Source of the DNA: the human T2T-CHM13v2.0 reference genome, Homo sapiens
Length of the DNA stretch: 64,000 nt
Direction: 5' to 3' (one strand)
Assembly (NCBI RefSeq): GCF_009914755.1
Contig: NC_060928.1
How positions within the stretch are numbered: the first letter of the stretch is position 1; each line of letters begins with the position of its first letter. The notes below the pieces were generated by a model. It searched no databases. It saw only the letters and a list, made by a program, of their open reading frames with translations, and was not told where the DNA came from. The position numbers were made by a program, and so were the translations under genes. Positions 51,726-64,000 of this stretch are shown one piece after another.

Positions 51726-54700
51726 TTTCTCCCCTTGTCTTTTTAAGACTCTTTCGGAGAAAGTATTTTAGAAGAAAATGAATCTCTGGTCTCAGGTTTC
51801 ATCTAATCTTTAATGGCTAGGATGGTTTGTTCCTAGACAGGTAGGTCCCATATTATTAGGGAAGCTCATTTTTAGCAGGTTGTGAAGTCTCACGTCCTAG
51901 GAAGAGAAAATAAGAAGAGGTAGGGAGAAAAAACAACAATAAAAAACCAACAATCATGAAAAACTGATATAGGCCATATTACTCTGATGTCCATACATCA
52001 CCAGTCAGGTATGAAAGTAGCTTATATATGTAAATAGGTTGCTGTTATTTCTTCTGAAGTTTAAGTTGTCTAGCTTCAGTTTGCAGGGCTTCAAGAAAAC
52101 ACAGCTTAGTGTTCAGTGATTCAAAATTAGGAAAAATGGGGAGAAAGAAAGAAGAAAAAAATTGAAAACATTATTTTGGAGACTTATAGCCAAGAAAAAT
52201 TAGAATTCACTCTGAACTGTTGAAAATGATAAAAAATTATAAAAACATTAGGTGAGAATAGAATCTAACAACAGGTAGACTATAGTTTTTGAAACAATTT
52301 TTCTCTCTCCAGTTTCTCATTTTTCCTAAAGACAGATCATGGTAGGACCAATTTGCTTTATAATACTTGGCCTGATTATTTGTATAAAGTGCAGCAGGAA
52401 TAATCATTTTTCACATGGGCTTTTTAATTGGCTTTGATGAAACTTTGTTACATAGAAGAAATCTCAGACAAGACTTATTTTGTGGATTTGTACCATCAAA
52501 TACCTGTGAGCTAGGTAAATTCCTCTCCTCTTAAGGTCCCATGATAACTTGGGGCTCCCAGGCCTGTCAGAAAGTGACAGTCTTTACTTACCACAGGTCA
52601 GGAACCCTGTACAGGGACTGTGTAGACAAGGTATGAGGGTAGTTTTCCCAAGGGGTTTTTCTTGTCTCTGTAAGTCAAGTTTATTTCCAGTCAAGTTTGT
52701 TGACCATCCCAGCCAAAGCCTTGGTAAGGTAACCAGTTTCTCCAACGGTTTCCTGTTGCAAAAAAAGACATTTTTATTGCACTTATGCAAATAACTATAT
52801 TCCCATTAAGTTAAGAATACTCACAAATAGTTTCAAAATTCTGGAGAAATCAGGTAGAGAGAAATAAATATGCTCCAAATATTGTTGCTACAAGCTGTCA
52901 ACAGCTCAAAAGAAAAGTTTTCTTGACTCTGCAAAACAAAGCAAATGATCAGCAACAATTTAAGTAAAAAAGTCAAAAGACTACTTCAGTCTTCCATTAG
53001 TTCAGTTCATGCAGTTAACTCCTGTTCTGCTTGATATTCATGAACATTTCAGCTCTCCATGAGAGTCCAGAAAGGTTTTCTTCTATTCTAATGTCAAAAT
53101 TTCCAAAGTTATCAGAACACTGCATTCAAGAACACCTCTTAGGGTTTTATAGCAGATTATAAAATCACCTTCTAAAGAGAACCAAAACAAAACAACAGTT
53201 GTCAGTGAATGACAAAAAGTTTTAGGGCAGCCACAGTCAAGGACACAACTGACAAGGAAATTTGTTACCTCTGTGGCACACAATAATTTAACATAGCAAT
53301 TATTATTATTACTGATGGTGTACACTAAGTCATATCAGAATTAAAGGATTTTCCCATAACTTGGGAACATATACCAATAATCTATTTATACAAATACAGC
53401 CCAAAGAAAGCCAAACACCATTTCATATTTAAAATTCTTCCTGTATGATTTTTATACCAAATAATCCTAATATATAATTTTTGGACTTTATGGAACCTAA
53501 TATCTTAAAGAGATATGTCTTTAAAAAGACATAATTTATCATTTGATTTTGGAAAGTTTCTCAAATATTAAAGGTTTAAAATGCTTGATGCTTGATATTA
53601 TCACAAAGTAAGATCACAGGTCATTGTAAAACAAGTTCCTCATTTTGCCAAAGTGATAACTCAAAGATTTGAAAAAAAAAGGCAAAAACCTTTATTCTTT
53701 GAGAGAGTAGATTTAATTTTCCAAACACTAAGCCCTAATAAAAACAGCATGAGGCCAATTAAATGTTTTTCAAAATTTTATAAACAATCTATAAAATTTT
53801 AATCATTTTGACCATAAGATGTAATTTCTATAAACCTTTTATAACCTTTATAATCCTTATTAAAGAGAGGATTAATGCTTCAAGAAAACCTTGTTAATCT
53901 GACATAGGGGCCCATATGCTGGTGTTGCATCAGTGTGTTTTTGACATTAATGGTTAATTTATAGAGAAACTAAACTTATCTCTCATAATTGGTCCTTAAA
54001 ATTTCATGTGCCCATCCCTTTTGTGAGAGTCCCTGGGACTTGAGGAGTTGAATAGCTTTAATTTCTGGTCCTGTGTCTCACACAGTTTATTTTTATTGGC
54101 ATCATTTACCAAGTCTGAAGATAAAGCTTTAACTGCTGTCAATGTTAAGATTTAGCAGGACTTGGTGTCCTTTTTAGACCCAGGAGTCAAAGCCCTGTAT
54201 CTTAATGGTACAAGGACTTTAAAAGCACATACAAAAAGTTACATGAATGTAATAACTTTAATTAACATTTTTTAATCTGTTCTTTTCTAAGCCCATCAAA
54301 CTTAGTATTAATGACATAGAAATTATTTCAATAAAGCGTATGTGTTTATTAGGCCAGTTACCCAAAGGCAAAGAAGAGACCTTCTGCAGTGCGACTGCTA
54401 TTCTCTAAGAGGAATATTATGTTGGAAGGAAACATTTCCTTTAGACTTTCAAGATAAAACTTTTTTTTTTCTTTGATAGCATCAAAACAGTTAGAACCTG
54501 AAGGAAACAAAAAAACACTTACCAGAGCTGAAAATGAGTTGAAGTATAGAGTTATTGTTTCAGCCCTTTTAAAAGGGGAGAGAAAGCTAAAAACAGCAAG
54601 AAACAATAAAAGTTGAACTTATTGTAAAAAAAATTATAATGTCTTATAATTTATTAAGAATAAAGCAATACCTTAAGAAAATTTTGTAGTTTGAACCAAT

Positions 54701-55300
54701 TCTTTAGTGTATAAGGTTTTTAAATCAAAACTAAATCTCTAGAAATATTATAATTTCCCTTTAATTATAGACAACTTGATCATATAAAAGTTTTTTTCAT
54801 AAATCTTCTCATTAAGACTCACACAGACCATTCATGACCTGCCTGGACTTCCTTGTTTGTGTTGAAGATCCCTCTTTCTTCCACAAACAATCATTTTATT
54901 CTAGGGTAAAATTTAGCATACAAGATTATTTCTCATATAAAATTAATTTTCTTTAAGCTTTCTTACCAAAAAAATACCTCTTTATTTCTATAACTTTCTT
55001 TATATCTCTTATTTCCTGGTTCCTTTTACCTTGTTTTATACATAACCTTTAAGTAATCTTTGAATTTAACAAAAATTATTCAACTTTTAAAAATGGACAC
55101 ACTTTTTTTTAGAAAAAGAATGTTTTCCTACAATATGTTATTGGAAAATACCCAATTAATGAAATATCAATTATTTAATTTAACTTTAGATTATAAATTA
55201 TGGCAAGTTTGTCTACAGTTATCTTTCCAATTACATTTACTTATTGTATTTTAATAGTTTACTTATTTATGAAAACTGAGATAGTCATCATTTAAAGTTA

Positions 55301-55620
55301 TGACACCACCATTGTAAAATTATAACAGATACAGTGAAAGAGATCTCACCTAACTGACTCCATCTTGCTTCCAACCTCTAAGCTGTCCTTGTTCATTCCT
55401 GGGTGTAGGCCAAACTAACTTTGGGAGGAACTAGTTTATAGTTAGCTTTGAAACAAAGATGATAACAGTTCTTTCCCAAAACAAACCCCCTACCTGCCTG
55501 GGGGCTAAACTGCCTAAAGCCATGAGATTAGAAATTATGGTCCAGGACTCATGCAGCTGGAGACTTCAAGACTCCAAATCTTCTCAAATTGCTCATAGAG
55601 ATAAAATCACTATTGTAAAA
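55301..55620 (+). mobile_element. LTR8-like fragment within MER4-int
   Basis: 'cagtgaaagagatctcacctaactgactccatcttgcttccaacctctaagctgtccttgttcattcctggg'. Confidence 0.75.
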
Positions 55621-56169
55621 TGTAGTATTTGGCAGAGATAAGTATGAAATCACTTTATCAATAAATGCAAATAAAATGTATGCTGGCAATTTTTAAGACA
55701 CTTCTAATATTACTTCACAAATAATTTTCAAGCTAGCTTATTTATTAAAGATTTCAATTCAGTCATACAAGCTTGAAAAAGCATTTGACTAGTCTTTTCT
55801 CTGTTCCCGATAAAGTATTTAAGTACTTTTTCTTAAGCCAATTAATTAGAGCTTTTTAATATATTTTCAGTAGTGAAGCATTGTGCACACAATACATAGA
55901 TACATAGATGTATTAGACATGGTGATAGAAGAACATCTTAAAGATTCATAAGACCTTTTTTTATTGTAGACTTTCAAATTCTTGATAACCTGTTTCATTA
56001 CCCTAGGCAATTGACAGCTAAATAACCCTGAATTTGTATATTGAAGGAGGCAACTCTCAGGTGAAAAATCAGATAGGAAAATTTACATATCAAACTACAG
56101 GAAGAAAAATGTGCTAGAGGGAAATTAGAACTGATTTAATTGCCAGTTAAACATAAAGTTAAGTAAATC

Positions 56170-56497
<328 letters not shown>

Positions 56498-56932
56498 TCA
56501 CACAGAAAGATCTTATGACTTTTATTTCAGAAATCTAGCCATGAGATATTAATACAAATTTATCAGCTTGCAAGAAAAAAAAAAAAAAGTTGGGTCCCAA
56601 TAGTAATTTTTATCTCAGTAGCAAAGTAACAGCAGCTTTAAAGTAGGCAGAAAAGAAAATAGAGAAAAAGAGAGCTTAGGAACTCTACAGTGTACAGGTT
56701 GACTTCAGTGCTCTTTTTTCTTGAAGTAAATGTGCACAAAGACCTTAATATTTCCATTTTACACTGACTCTAGCAAGTAGAGGTGCCATAAAACTAATGG
56801 AATGGTGAAAAGGGGTCATTCTCATTATCATTCTTAGATCATTTGTTTCCCACTTTTTCTTTCTTTCTTTTCTTAAGAGAAAGAACTGAGCTGTGGCCTA
56901 GGGCTTTTGTGAAGTGCATTGAAGTGTGCTGG

Positions 56933-57756
56933 TGTTACTAGTTGAAGGTGTCCAGGTTCTTGGCATCTTGAACAAGGAAGTGGACAAAATGCACAAACAA
57001 AGCAAGGAAAGCATAAAGCAAGGAAAGCATGAAGCAAAAACAGCAGAGATTTCTTGAACAAGGAACTGGACAAAAAGTACAAACAAAGCAAGGAAAGCAT
57101 GAAGCAACAACAGCAGAGATTTACTGAAAACAAAGAGGCTGGGCGCAGTGGCTCACGACTGTAATCCCAGCACTTTGGGAGTCTCAGGCGGGCGGATCAC
57201 GAGGTCAGGAGATTGAGACCATGGTGAAACCCCATCTCTACTAAAAATACAAAAAATTAGCCAGGCGTGGCGGCAGGCGCCTGTAGTCCCAGCTACTCAG
57301 GAGGTTGAGGCAGGAGAATGCTGTGAACCTGGGAGGCAGAGCTTGCAGTCAGTGAGCCGAGATTGTGCCACTGCACTCCAGCCTGGGTGACAGAGCGAGA
57401 CTCTGTCTCAAAAAAAAAAAAAAAAAAGAAAAGAAAAAAAAAAGTACATTCCACAGGGTGGGAGCAGGCCTAAGCACAGGGGCTCAAGAGACCCATTACA
57501 GAATTTTCTGGGGTTTAAATGTCCTCTAGAATTTTCCATTGTTTACTTGTTGTACAACCTATGTAAATGAAGAGGATGAAGTAAAATTACAAAGTCATTT
57601 ACTTGGTGTATGCCCTATGTAAATGAAGAAGGTATTTCCTGTCTTAGCTGAAGGGTTTCCATGTAAATCAAAACTGTTTCCATTTAAATCAGTTTTAGGA
57701 AGTCATTGTGAATTGACCTTATGTTCTCTGCCTCCAGACCCTAATCTCCTGCCTCT
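56933..57756 (-). mobile_element. MER51-type ERV1 3' LTR (contains an Alu and a tandem duplication)
   Basis: Starts 'tgttactag..gtccaggttcttggc', ends 'ctccagaccctaatctcctgcctc' (reverse of tgaggcaggaga..agggtctgg), followed by PPT 'ttttccccc'. Confidence 0.8.
57137..57443 (+). mobile_element. AluY with the 12-bp left-arm deletion typical of the AluYd lineage
   Basis: 'gagattgagacc|atggtgaaacccc' lacks 'atcctggctaac'; Y-type right arm 'gagcttgcag'. Confidence 0.85.
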
Positions 57757-59564
57757 TTTTCCCCCTGAGAGATGTGATCCCCATAAATCTTTATGGAAGA
57801 TGGAAAAACTGATGGTCTTCCTTCTGTAACAGCTTCATGCTGGCTTGGGGTATAGTACCTACCTATTGGGGATCATGAAACTCTTGCCCTGCCCTGTCTA
57901 GTGGAGTCAGGGTAGTTCCTTGATGGCCACAGGTGGTGACTTCACCCGGAACTGGCTGGAACACTTGTTGCATGATCATCTGAAGCTTGATGGTCTCTAG
58001 GTGAGAGGAATTGAATTTGGTTAAAAAATTTAATGGAGACTTAAGGGAGTGGATACCTATGCTGTCAGGAATGTTTGTTATAGAGATTTGCAGGAGAAAA
58101 GCAAAATCTAGTCTGTGGTCTGTTCTAGGATCTATGTCTTTCCTTAAAGTCTTAGCATGAACAACTCCATTTTGGTTTAGGTTTGGTGTGTTGGGGCCTA
58201 GCGCATGATCTCAGCCCAAAACAATGACCTCTCATAATTGTTTTAAAAAATTTCCCCTTTTTGGTCACGTTCTCACTTAGGTGAGAGTGTGACCAAAACT
58301 TAGGGCCTCTGGTCTCAGCATGTCATTCATAGATTATAGCGTCCTCATGGTCACACATTTCTTTCAGCTCTTGTCATTCTAGTTAAAGAGAGACCATTTG
58401 ACATTCTAGAGGCCATTGTATGCAAACATTTAAAATCTTTGAGAGAATACAGTGCACCAGTGAGACTATTATTATGATTATCACTAGGATAATACCAAGA
58501 GTTTGGAGTATGCTTCTTACCCAGGGTCTCTATAAACCAAACCTCCTAAAATCAAATAGATCAAAGAATGAGCTAAATAAAGAGTCTACTCACTTAACTA
58601 AGCAGTGGCTTCATTAATCCGTTTTCTGGGGTTTAAATACCCTTTAGAGTTTTCCATTCATTATTTGTTGTACAATCTATGTAAATGAAGAGAATAAAAT
58701 AAAGTTACAAAGTCATTTACTTTGTACACTATGACTGAATCTCTGTAATATCTAATGTTTTCTCCATACGCCATGAGTACCAGCAGCTGCACAGATACCT
58801 CTCTGTTCAGCCAATTCTATCATAACCTTCACAAGAGAATTTAAAACCTGTTGTGTAACTGTAGCTTTTACAGTAGAATCTTCTATAAAGCCTATCACAA
58901 AGGATAGATTTCTAATCATTGCTTCTTTTATTCCAAACTATGGAAAAAGGACCTAACAAATGATGCCCTTCTAGAAGAGTGAAGGCCTCTTGGCAATGTG
59001 CTCTTTAACCCATAATATGAGTTTAGAGGAGTGAACCAATGTTCTGTTTCTGATTGATTATAATATATAAGGTTATCCATATATAGGCTGGCTGAAAACT
59101 CCTTCACAAATAAAAGTCTACCCCATAAGCCCACATAACAGACACGTTTTTCCACTTCTATTGTTCATAGAGGCATAAGCAAGGAAAAAAAATTCAAAGA
59201 TAAGTCTCTTAATAGTAGAGAAGTCTTGACCCATGATCTTGGGAAAAGCTGTTCAGATCAAGGATGCCATCTTTTCTGGGGAGTAACTTTCCTGATTAGC
59301 TTTACCTTAAGGGTTTCAGGGGGTGTACAGTCCCAAGAGTGTGATGGGACACTGCTCAATTGTGAGATTATGAACCCAAGGTTTAAGGTCCTGAAGTTTT
59401 GCCGTATTGTGGATATCAAGGACAGTCTTTCTCTGATGTTCTCAGAAGATATAATCTTTGGGTTCTAGATTGTGAAGGGGTTGATTGTCCTCAGTCATAA
59501 GAGGCTTCTTTATTTGACAAAAATACATTGTAGCATAATAATTTACTGTTATAACATCAGTCTT

Positions 59565-59866
59565 TTTTTTTTTTTTTTTTTTTTAGATGAAGTCTCACTC
59601 TGTCTCCCAGGCTGGAGTGCAATGGTGCGGTCTTGGCTCACACTGCAACCTCCACCTCCTGGGTTCAAGCAATTCTCCTCCCTCAGCCTCCCCAGTAGCT
59701 GGAACTATAGATGTGTGCCAGGAGACCCAGCTAATTTTTTGTATTTTTAGTAGAGATGGGGTTTCACCATGTTAGCCAGGATGGTCTTGATCTCCTGACC
59801 TTGTGATCCTCCTGCCTCAGCCTCCCGAAGTGCTAGGATTACAGGCGTGAGCCACCATGCCCAGCC
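59565..59866 (-). mobile_element. AluSc-like
   Basis: 'ttagccaggatggtcttgatctcctgaccttgtgatcc'; TSD aacatcagtctt (59553-59564) / aacatcagcctt (59867-59878). Confidence 0.92.
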
Positions 59867-62246
59867 AACATCAGCCTTCTTGCATGGGAAAGCTTTTATA
59901 CAACAAGAAAACATGCACTGAAAATGTCAATTGAATGAAATCCGTATATAAAATGTTTAAATTATCCATCAGGTGACCAAATGTACCTGAAGCTTTAATT
60001 GTTTTCCCAGGAAGATGAGACCAAACATTGGTTATCAACTATTTTAACAAATGATAAGTAACCACAAAAATATATTCAATTTGGATTTTATTTTTTCCAT
60101 GATGAATCATGGAATGTAGAACTTTTAATAACAAAAGCTTTAAGGACTCAGGAAGGACAAGGTGATCATCCTGGTTCTCCATGAGTCCATGTTTAAATAA
60201 CATTAGACTTATATCCTCCTGAATACCAGTTGTTTTACCAAGTTAGGTGCATAGCACTGATAACTGATGGATTGTCAAGGTAATTTGACCTAGACCATGG
60301 AGTTCAAATTGTATATCTAAACAATTTCCATATCTGCTGGTAAAACATGAAAATCTGATGACATATTTTCTTGGTATTCAATTAATTGTTTGTTCTACTT
60401 GGATTAGTAGCTTTATACAAGGAAATTGGTTATTTCTGTAGTTTACAATAACTTAACATAATAACCATAATTATAATTGATAGCATATACTCAGACATAT
60501 TAGAATTTAAGAAATCCTTATGATTTTGTAACATATATTAATATCATTGACTAAAATATAAAATGAAGATTAAACTTTTTTTTGGACAATGCTTCCCTTA
60601 TAACATGTCAAGTAATCCTATTTACCTCTCTTTTGGATATTTCAAGAGCCTTCTGCAGCATCTCAAAGTTAGAAGTCAGAAAAGGCTATTTTGAAGATGA
60701 AATTTGATTTTGGGAGGCCTATCAAATATGTTAAACGTTTAAAACATTGATATTATGAAATAGAATTCCAGGTTACCATAAGACATTCATTTAGCCAAAA
60801 TGATGACTCAAAAATTTAAAAGGCAAAAACCTTTACTCATTGATAGGGGAAGAAGACCTAGCTTTCCAAATAATTGGTCTCTTGCCTTTCCTTTTATTTA
60901 ATTTTTTGGTATTTTATTCAAAAGCCAAACAAAAATATTTCATTATCTTTTAATATTACATGAAAATCTTGTTCAAGAGAGAAAGCCAAATTTTACCCTT
61001 GCATTAGTGTACCATTAATGTCAGCTCCAATTTTTAATAACCCTATAGACAAATCTTTCCAATTTTAATCAGTATCATCATAAGGTGAGATTCTCATAAA
61101 CCTTTTATAAGCCTTTACAAATTTTTGTTAAAGATCAGTGCTTTAAGAAAACCCTGTTTGTGCTTTTATTTCAATGTTCAATTTATGCAGAAACCAGAAA
61201 ATGACCCTTTAAATTTAGTCAGTATGTTCATACACATAGTGTTTTACAAGATTAATTTTTTTTTACAACCCTTCCACAACTTGTTCAAACCTTTAGCTTT
61301 ATCCTAACTTAAAACAATCCTTTAACCCTTTAGGCAAAAACAACAACAAAAAAAATCCACATTCCCATGCCTTCTTATAATCTTTTACTAAATCACATTT
61401 CACTTTTTTTACATACCTTGCATGTAAAACTGTTTCTTCAGTAGTCTCAATAACAATGTTAACGCTTAGCGACTTTTACTTTTGGCCAAAACCTTGTTAA
61501 GTTTGGGACTTGAAGTATGTATTAGTTGTGGAGCCTAGGACTCAGACAGAAGTGCAGATAAGTTCTGACTCTTTCCAGTGTCTACCTCCAAGTGTCCCAG
61601 GCTTTACCTAGCTGTAAAGCAGGCATGTTGTACAGTTAAGAGTCATAGTGACATTTTTGAGCATTCAGGAGGCCAAATGACCTTTAAATTGTACATTTCT
61701 TGCATAAACTCTCTTTCATAAATTCTTTCACAACTTACATAGACTATCCATGACATGCTTGGACTTTCTGACTTGTCCTAAACATCCCTCTTTTAAACAA
61801 CCAGTTATTTTACTTTAAGACAAAAATTTACCATACAAGATCCTTTCTTATATAAAGCCTCTTTTTTTTGGTAACCTTCTCTGCATAGCTAGGGGGCATG
61901 GCTAATTTCCTATGTCCCCAGGCTTTATTTAAAATCAAATGCTCCAAAATACATTGAACAATTTTTTAAAAGTCAAAGAAGTAGTTTATGACCTTAAAGC
62001 ATTTAGCAAACCTAATATCTGATCTGCATATTTAAATGAAATGTTTACATTTTTGAAGATTTTTATTTTACCAATAATCTTTAAAACTTTTTTAAAGATT
62101 ACTTAAGTCACAGGAACTAAATAAAAGGCATTACACTTTTCGGACAAAATATTTGATTGAAGCTCTTATTATTAAACCAATTAATTATAGTTCTTTCATA
62201 TTACACATATAACACATTTAAATATAGACAGAAGATAAAGGAATTG

Positions 62247-62321
62247 TTCCCTAAGTCAGAAATTGAACCCTAACCCGGTTACCATTGTAAAAAGAGAAAG
62301 CACAGCCACATGGTTACAAGG
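62247..62321 (-). pseudogene. Degenerate tRNA-Glu-like relic within the ERV internal region
   Basis: 'ttccctaagtcagaaattgaaccc' resembles the reverse complement of the tRNA-Glu T-arm/acceptor (ttccctgaccgggaatcgaaccc); the remainder has tRNA-like length. Confidence 0.4.
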
Positions 62322-64000
62322 TCAATCTCCCAAGAATGTGGTGGGCCAGTTTGCTGGGCCATCTTGAACAGAGGGCCGATGAGGTCATAGGCATGCATTT
62401 TATTCTAAGATGTCCCTTTTTATAACAGAGCAATATAGAAAGACGTACAAAACACAACATATTCACTACAGTTTAACATTAGCCTCAGAATTTTTTTTAA
62501 ATTAATCAAAATTATACAGAGGAGATAAACACTAACAGTAACTTTCATTATTTATTTATCCAGTTTGCACAGAGAGAGAGAGGCCAGAGTCTGACTGGTA
62601 AGAAATTTTTACCCTTTTGCCAGCATGCCAGGTTTCTGAGTTCTCTCTCCCTGAGCAGCCTTAGCAACCCTGCTAAACTATATGCAAACAAATACATTGC
62701 CATGAATTAAGAATATTCACAAATAGTTTACAAATTTTGGAGAAATTAGAGAGAAATATGACTCAAATTATGTTTACAAGAGTATACTCAACACCCTTAA
62801 AGTATCAGGAAGCCTAAAATCCAAAAAGTTAGTTTAAGGTTAAAAAGCTGGTGTGTTCCATCAATACCTAGGGGGCCTGATGAAGGTAGCCTAGGAATTC
62901 CAGATAAGTGGAACAAATGATGACTTGCTAGAAATGCATAGGAAACAAAATATCTATTAAAGAACCAAATAAAGGCCTTCCACTGGAAACTAAATATATA
63001 TATATATATATATACACACATACACACACATACACAGATATAAAACCATATATATATGGTTTTATACAGAAAGTGTCAGGAAGCCTAAAACCATATATAT
63101 ATGGTTTTATATCTGCATACATAGGCAAAGCCAAAGAATAAACAGCAAATGAATGAAAACTGGTAGCCAAAACAAATAGGAAACCGACCCTAAATTTTTC
63201 CTACTCAATCTACCCTGGAGGCTATAGTGTTATCCAGGGCCCTTAAAAACCCACATAATGAATATTTTATTCCTAATACACAATTCAATATCCTCAAGTT
63301 TACCAATATCATACAATCCTGTGCAATTAAGAAATTCATTTTAGGTACATGACCAATAAGTACTCCAGTGCCGGCACTATCCACGCAAAACAGTAAACAT
63401 AGTGCAAAGCAACGCAAGCATGTATATGAAATTTGAATTGCTACAAAAAGAATTGCCAAACTGCTGATGCTTTTTTTTTTTAACAATACTTCTTATTTTA
63501 CTTTAATCAAGACTCAGAGCTTTAACTATGAAAATGTTAATTAGCCAAATGTCTCCAATTCTCTACTGGGTTTTAAAGAGTATTTTATAATCTAAACATT
63601 TCCCACATCTTTCTCCCCACCTTCTGGTTTGTTACTACATGGTTTCATAAACAACCTTTTCAAATCGGTAATTTGAACTATTAGGTAACTTTTGAATTAG
63701 ACAAAATTATTCTTTTCCTCACTAATAACATAACCTTTTCTGACACATTTGATATACAGAATTATGTATTAAGTAGAATTCATTTCCTTAGTAAACTAAA
63801 ATTTTAGTGCAACCCTAAAAAGCAAGAAATCCTGAACCATCAGATATGGGCATTAATAGATAAGAATAAATCCACAATTTTAGAAACATGGTTCCCCATA
63901 TCATAACCCTTTAACTGGAAATGATGCAGATATTAAATGAGCATCAAAATGTTTTAAGATTTTAATTTAAATAAAAAGTTTACCTAAAGTGTTATCCCAT

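Larger units (their letters stand above)
57757..64000 (-). mobile_element. Second MER4I-group (MER51-int-like) proviral internal region, runs off the window
   Basis: Follows the LTR and PPT; blocks homologous to the first internal region (e.g. 52820-52880 vs 62717-62770; 54830-54960 vs 61745-61860). Confidence 0.75.

Noticed and set aside
57757-64000. Possible gag/pol/env coding remnants in the ERV internal region
   Set aside because: No ORF over ~95 aa and no retroviral motifs recognised; consistent with non-autonomous MER4I-group sequence.

Overview
Repeat-dense, AT-rich non-coding DNA from a hominoid primate, probably human. A full-length SVA plus AluY/AluYd and L1PA3/4 copies point to a great-ape or human genome. 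I cannot support any intact protein-coding gene, functional RNA gene or CRISPR-like array: the listed ORFs are translations of L1, Alu, SVA, LTR and microsatellite DNA. The window records layered retrotransposition: a near-full-length ancient L1MA that keeps its 5' end; a nest of MLT1 > ERV1 LTR > AluY + SVA; a nest of L1PB / L1PA7-8 > L1PA3-4 + Alu; truncated THE1 and MST proviruses; and a MER4 provirus interrupted by a MER51-like provirus. The most interesting details are mechanistic scars: a 17-nt L1 3' transduction, a 58-bp L1 micro-insertion with a perfect 15-bp TSD, a twin-primed L1, an LTR promoter fragment captured inside a proviral internal region, a palindromic templated-insertion scar, two large non-B-DNA-prone tandem arrays, and one well-formed candidate 81-nt exon in unique DNA. 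I see no convincing evidence for a novel biological system. Subfamily names come from recalled consensus motifs, not from a database search.
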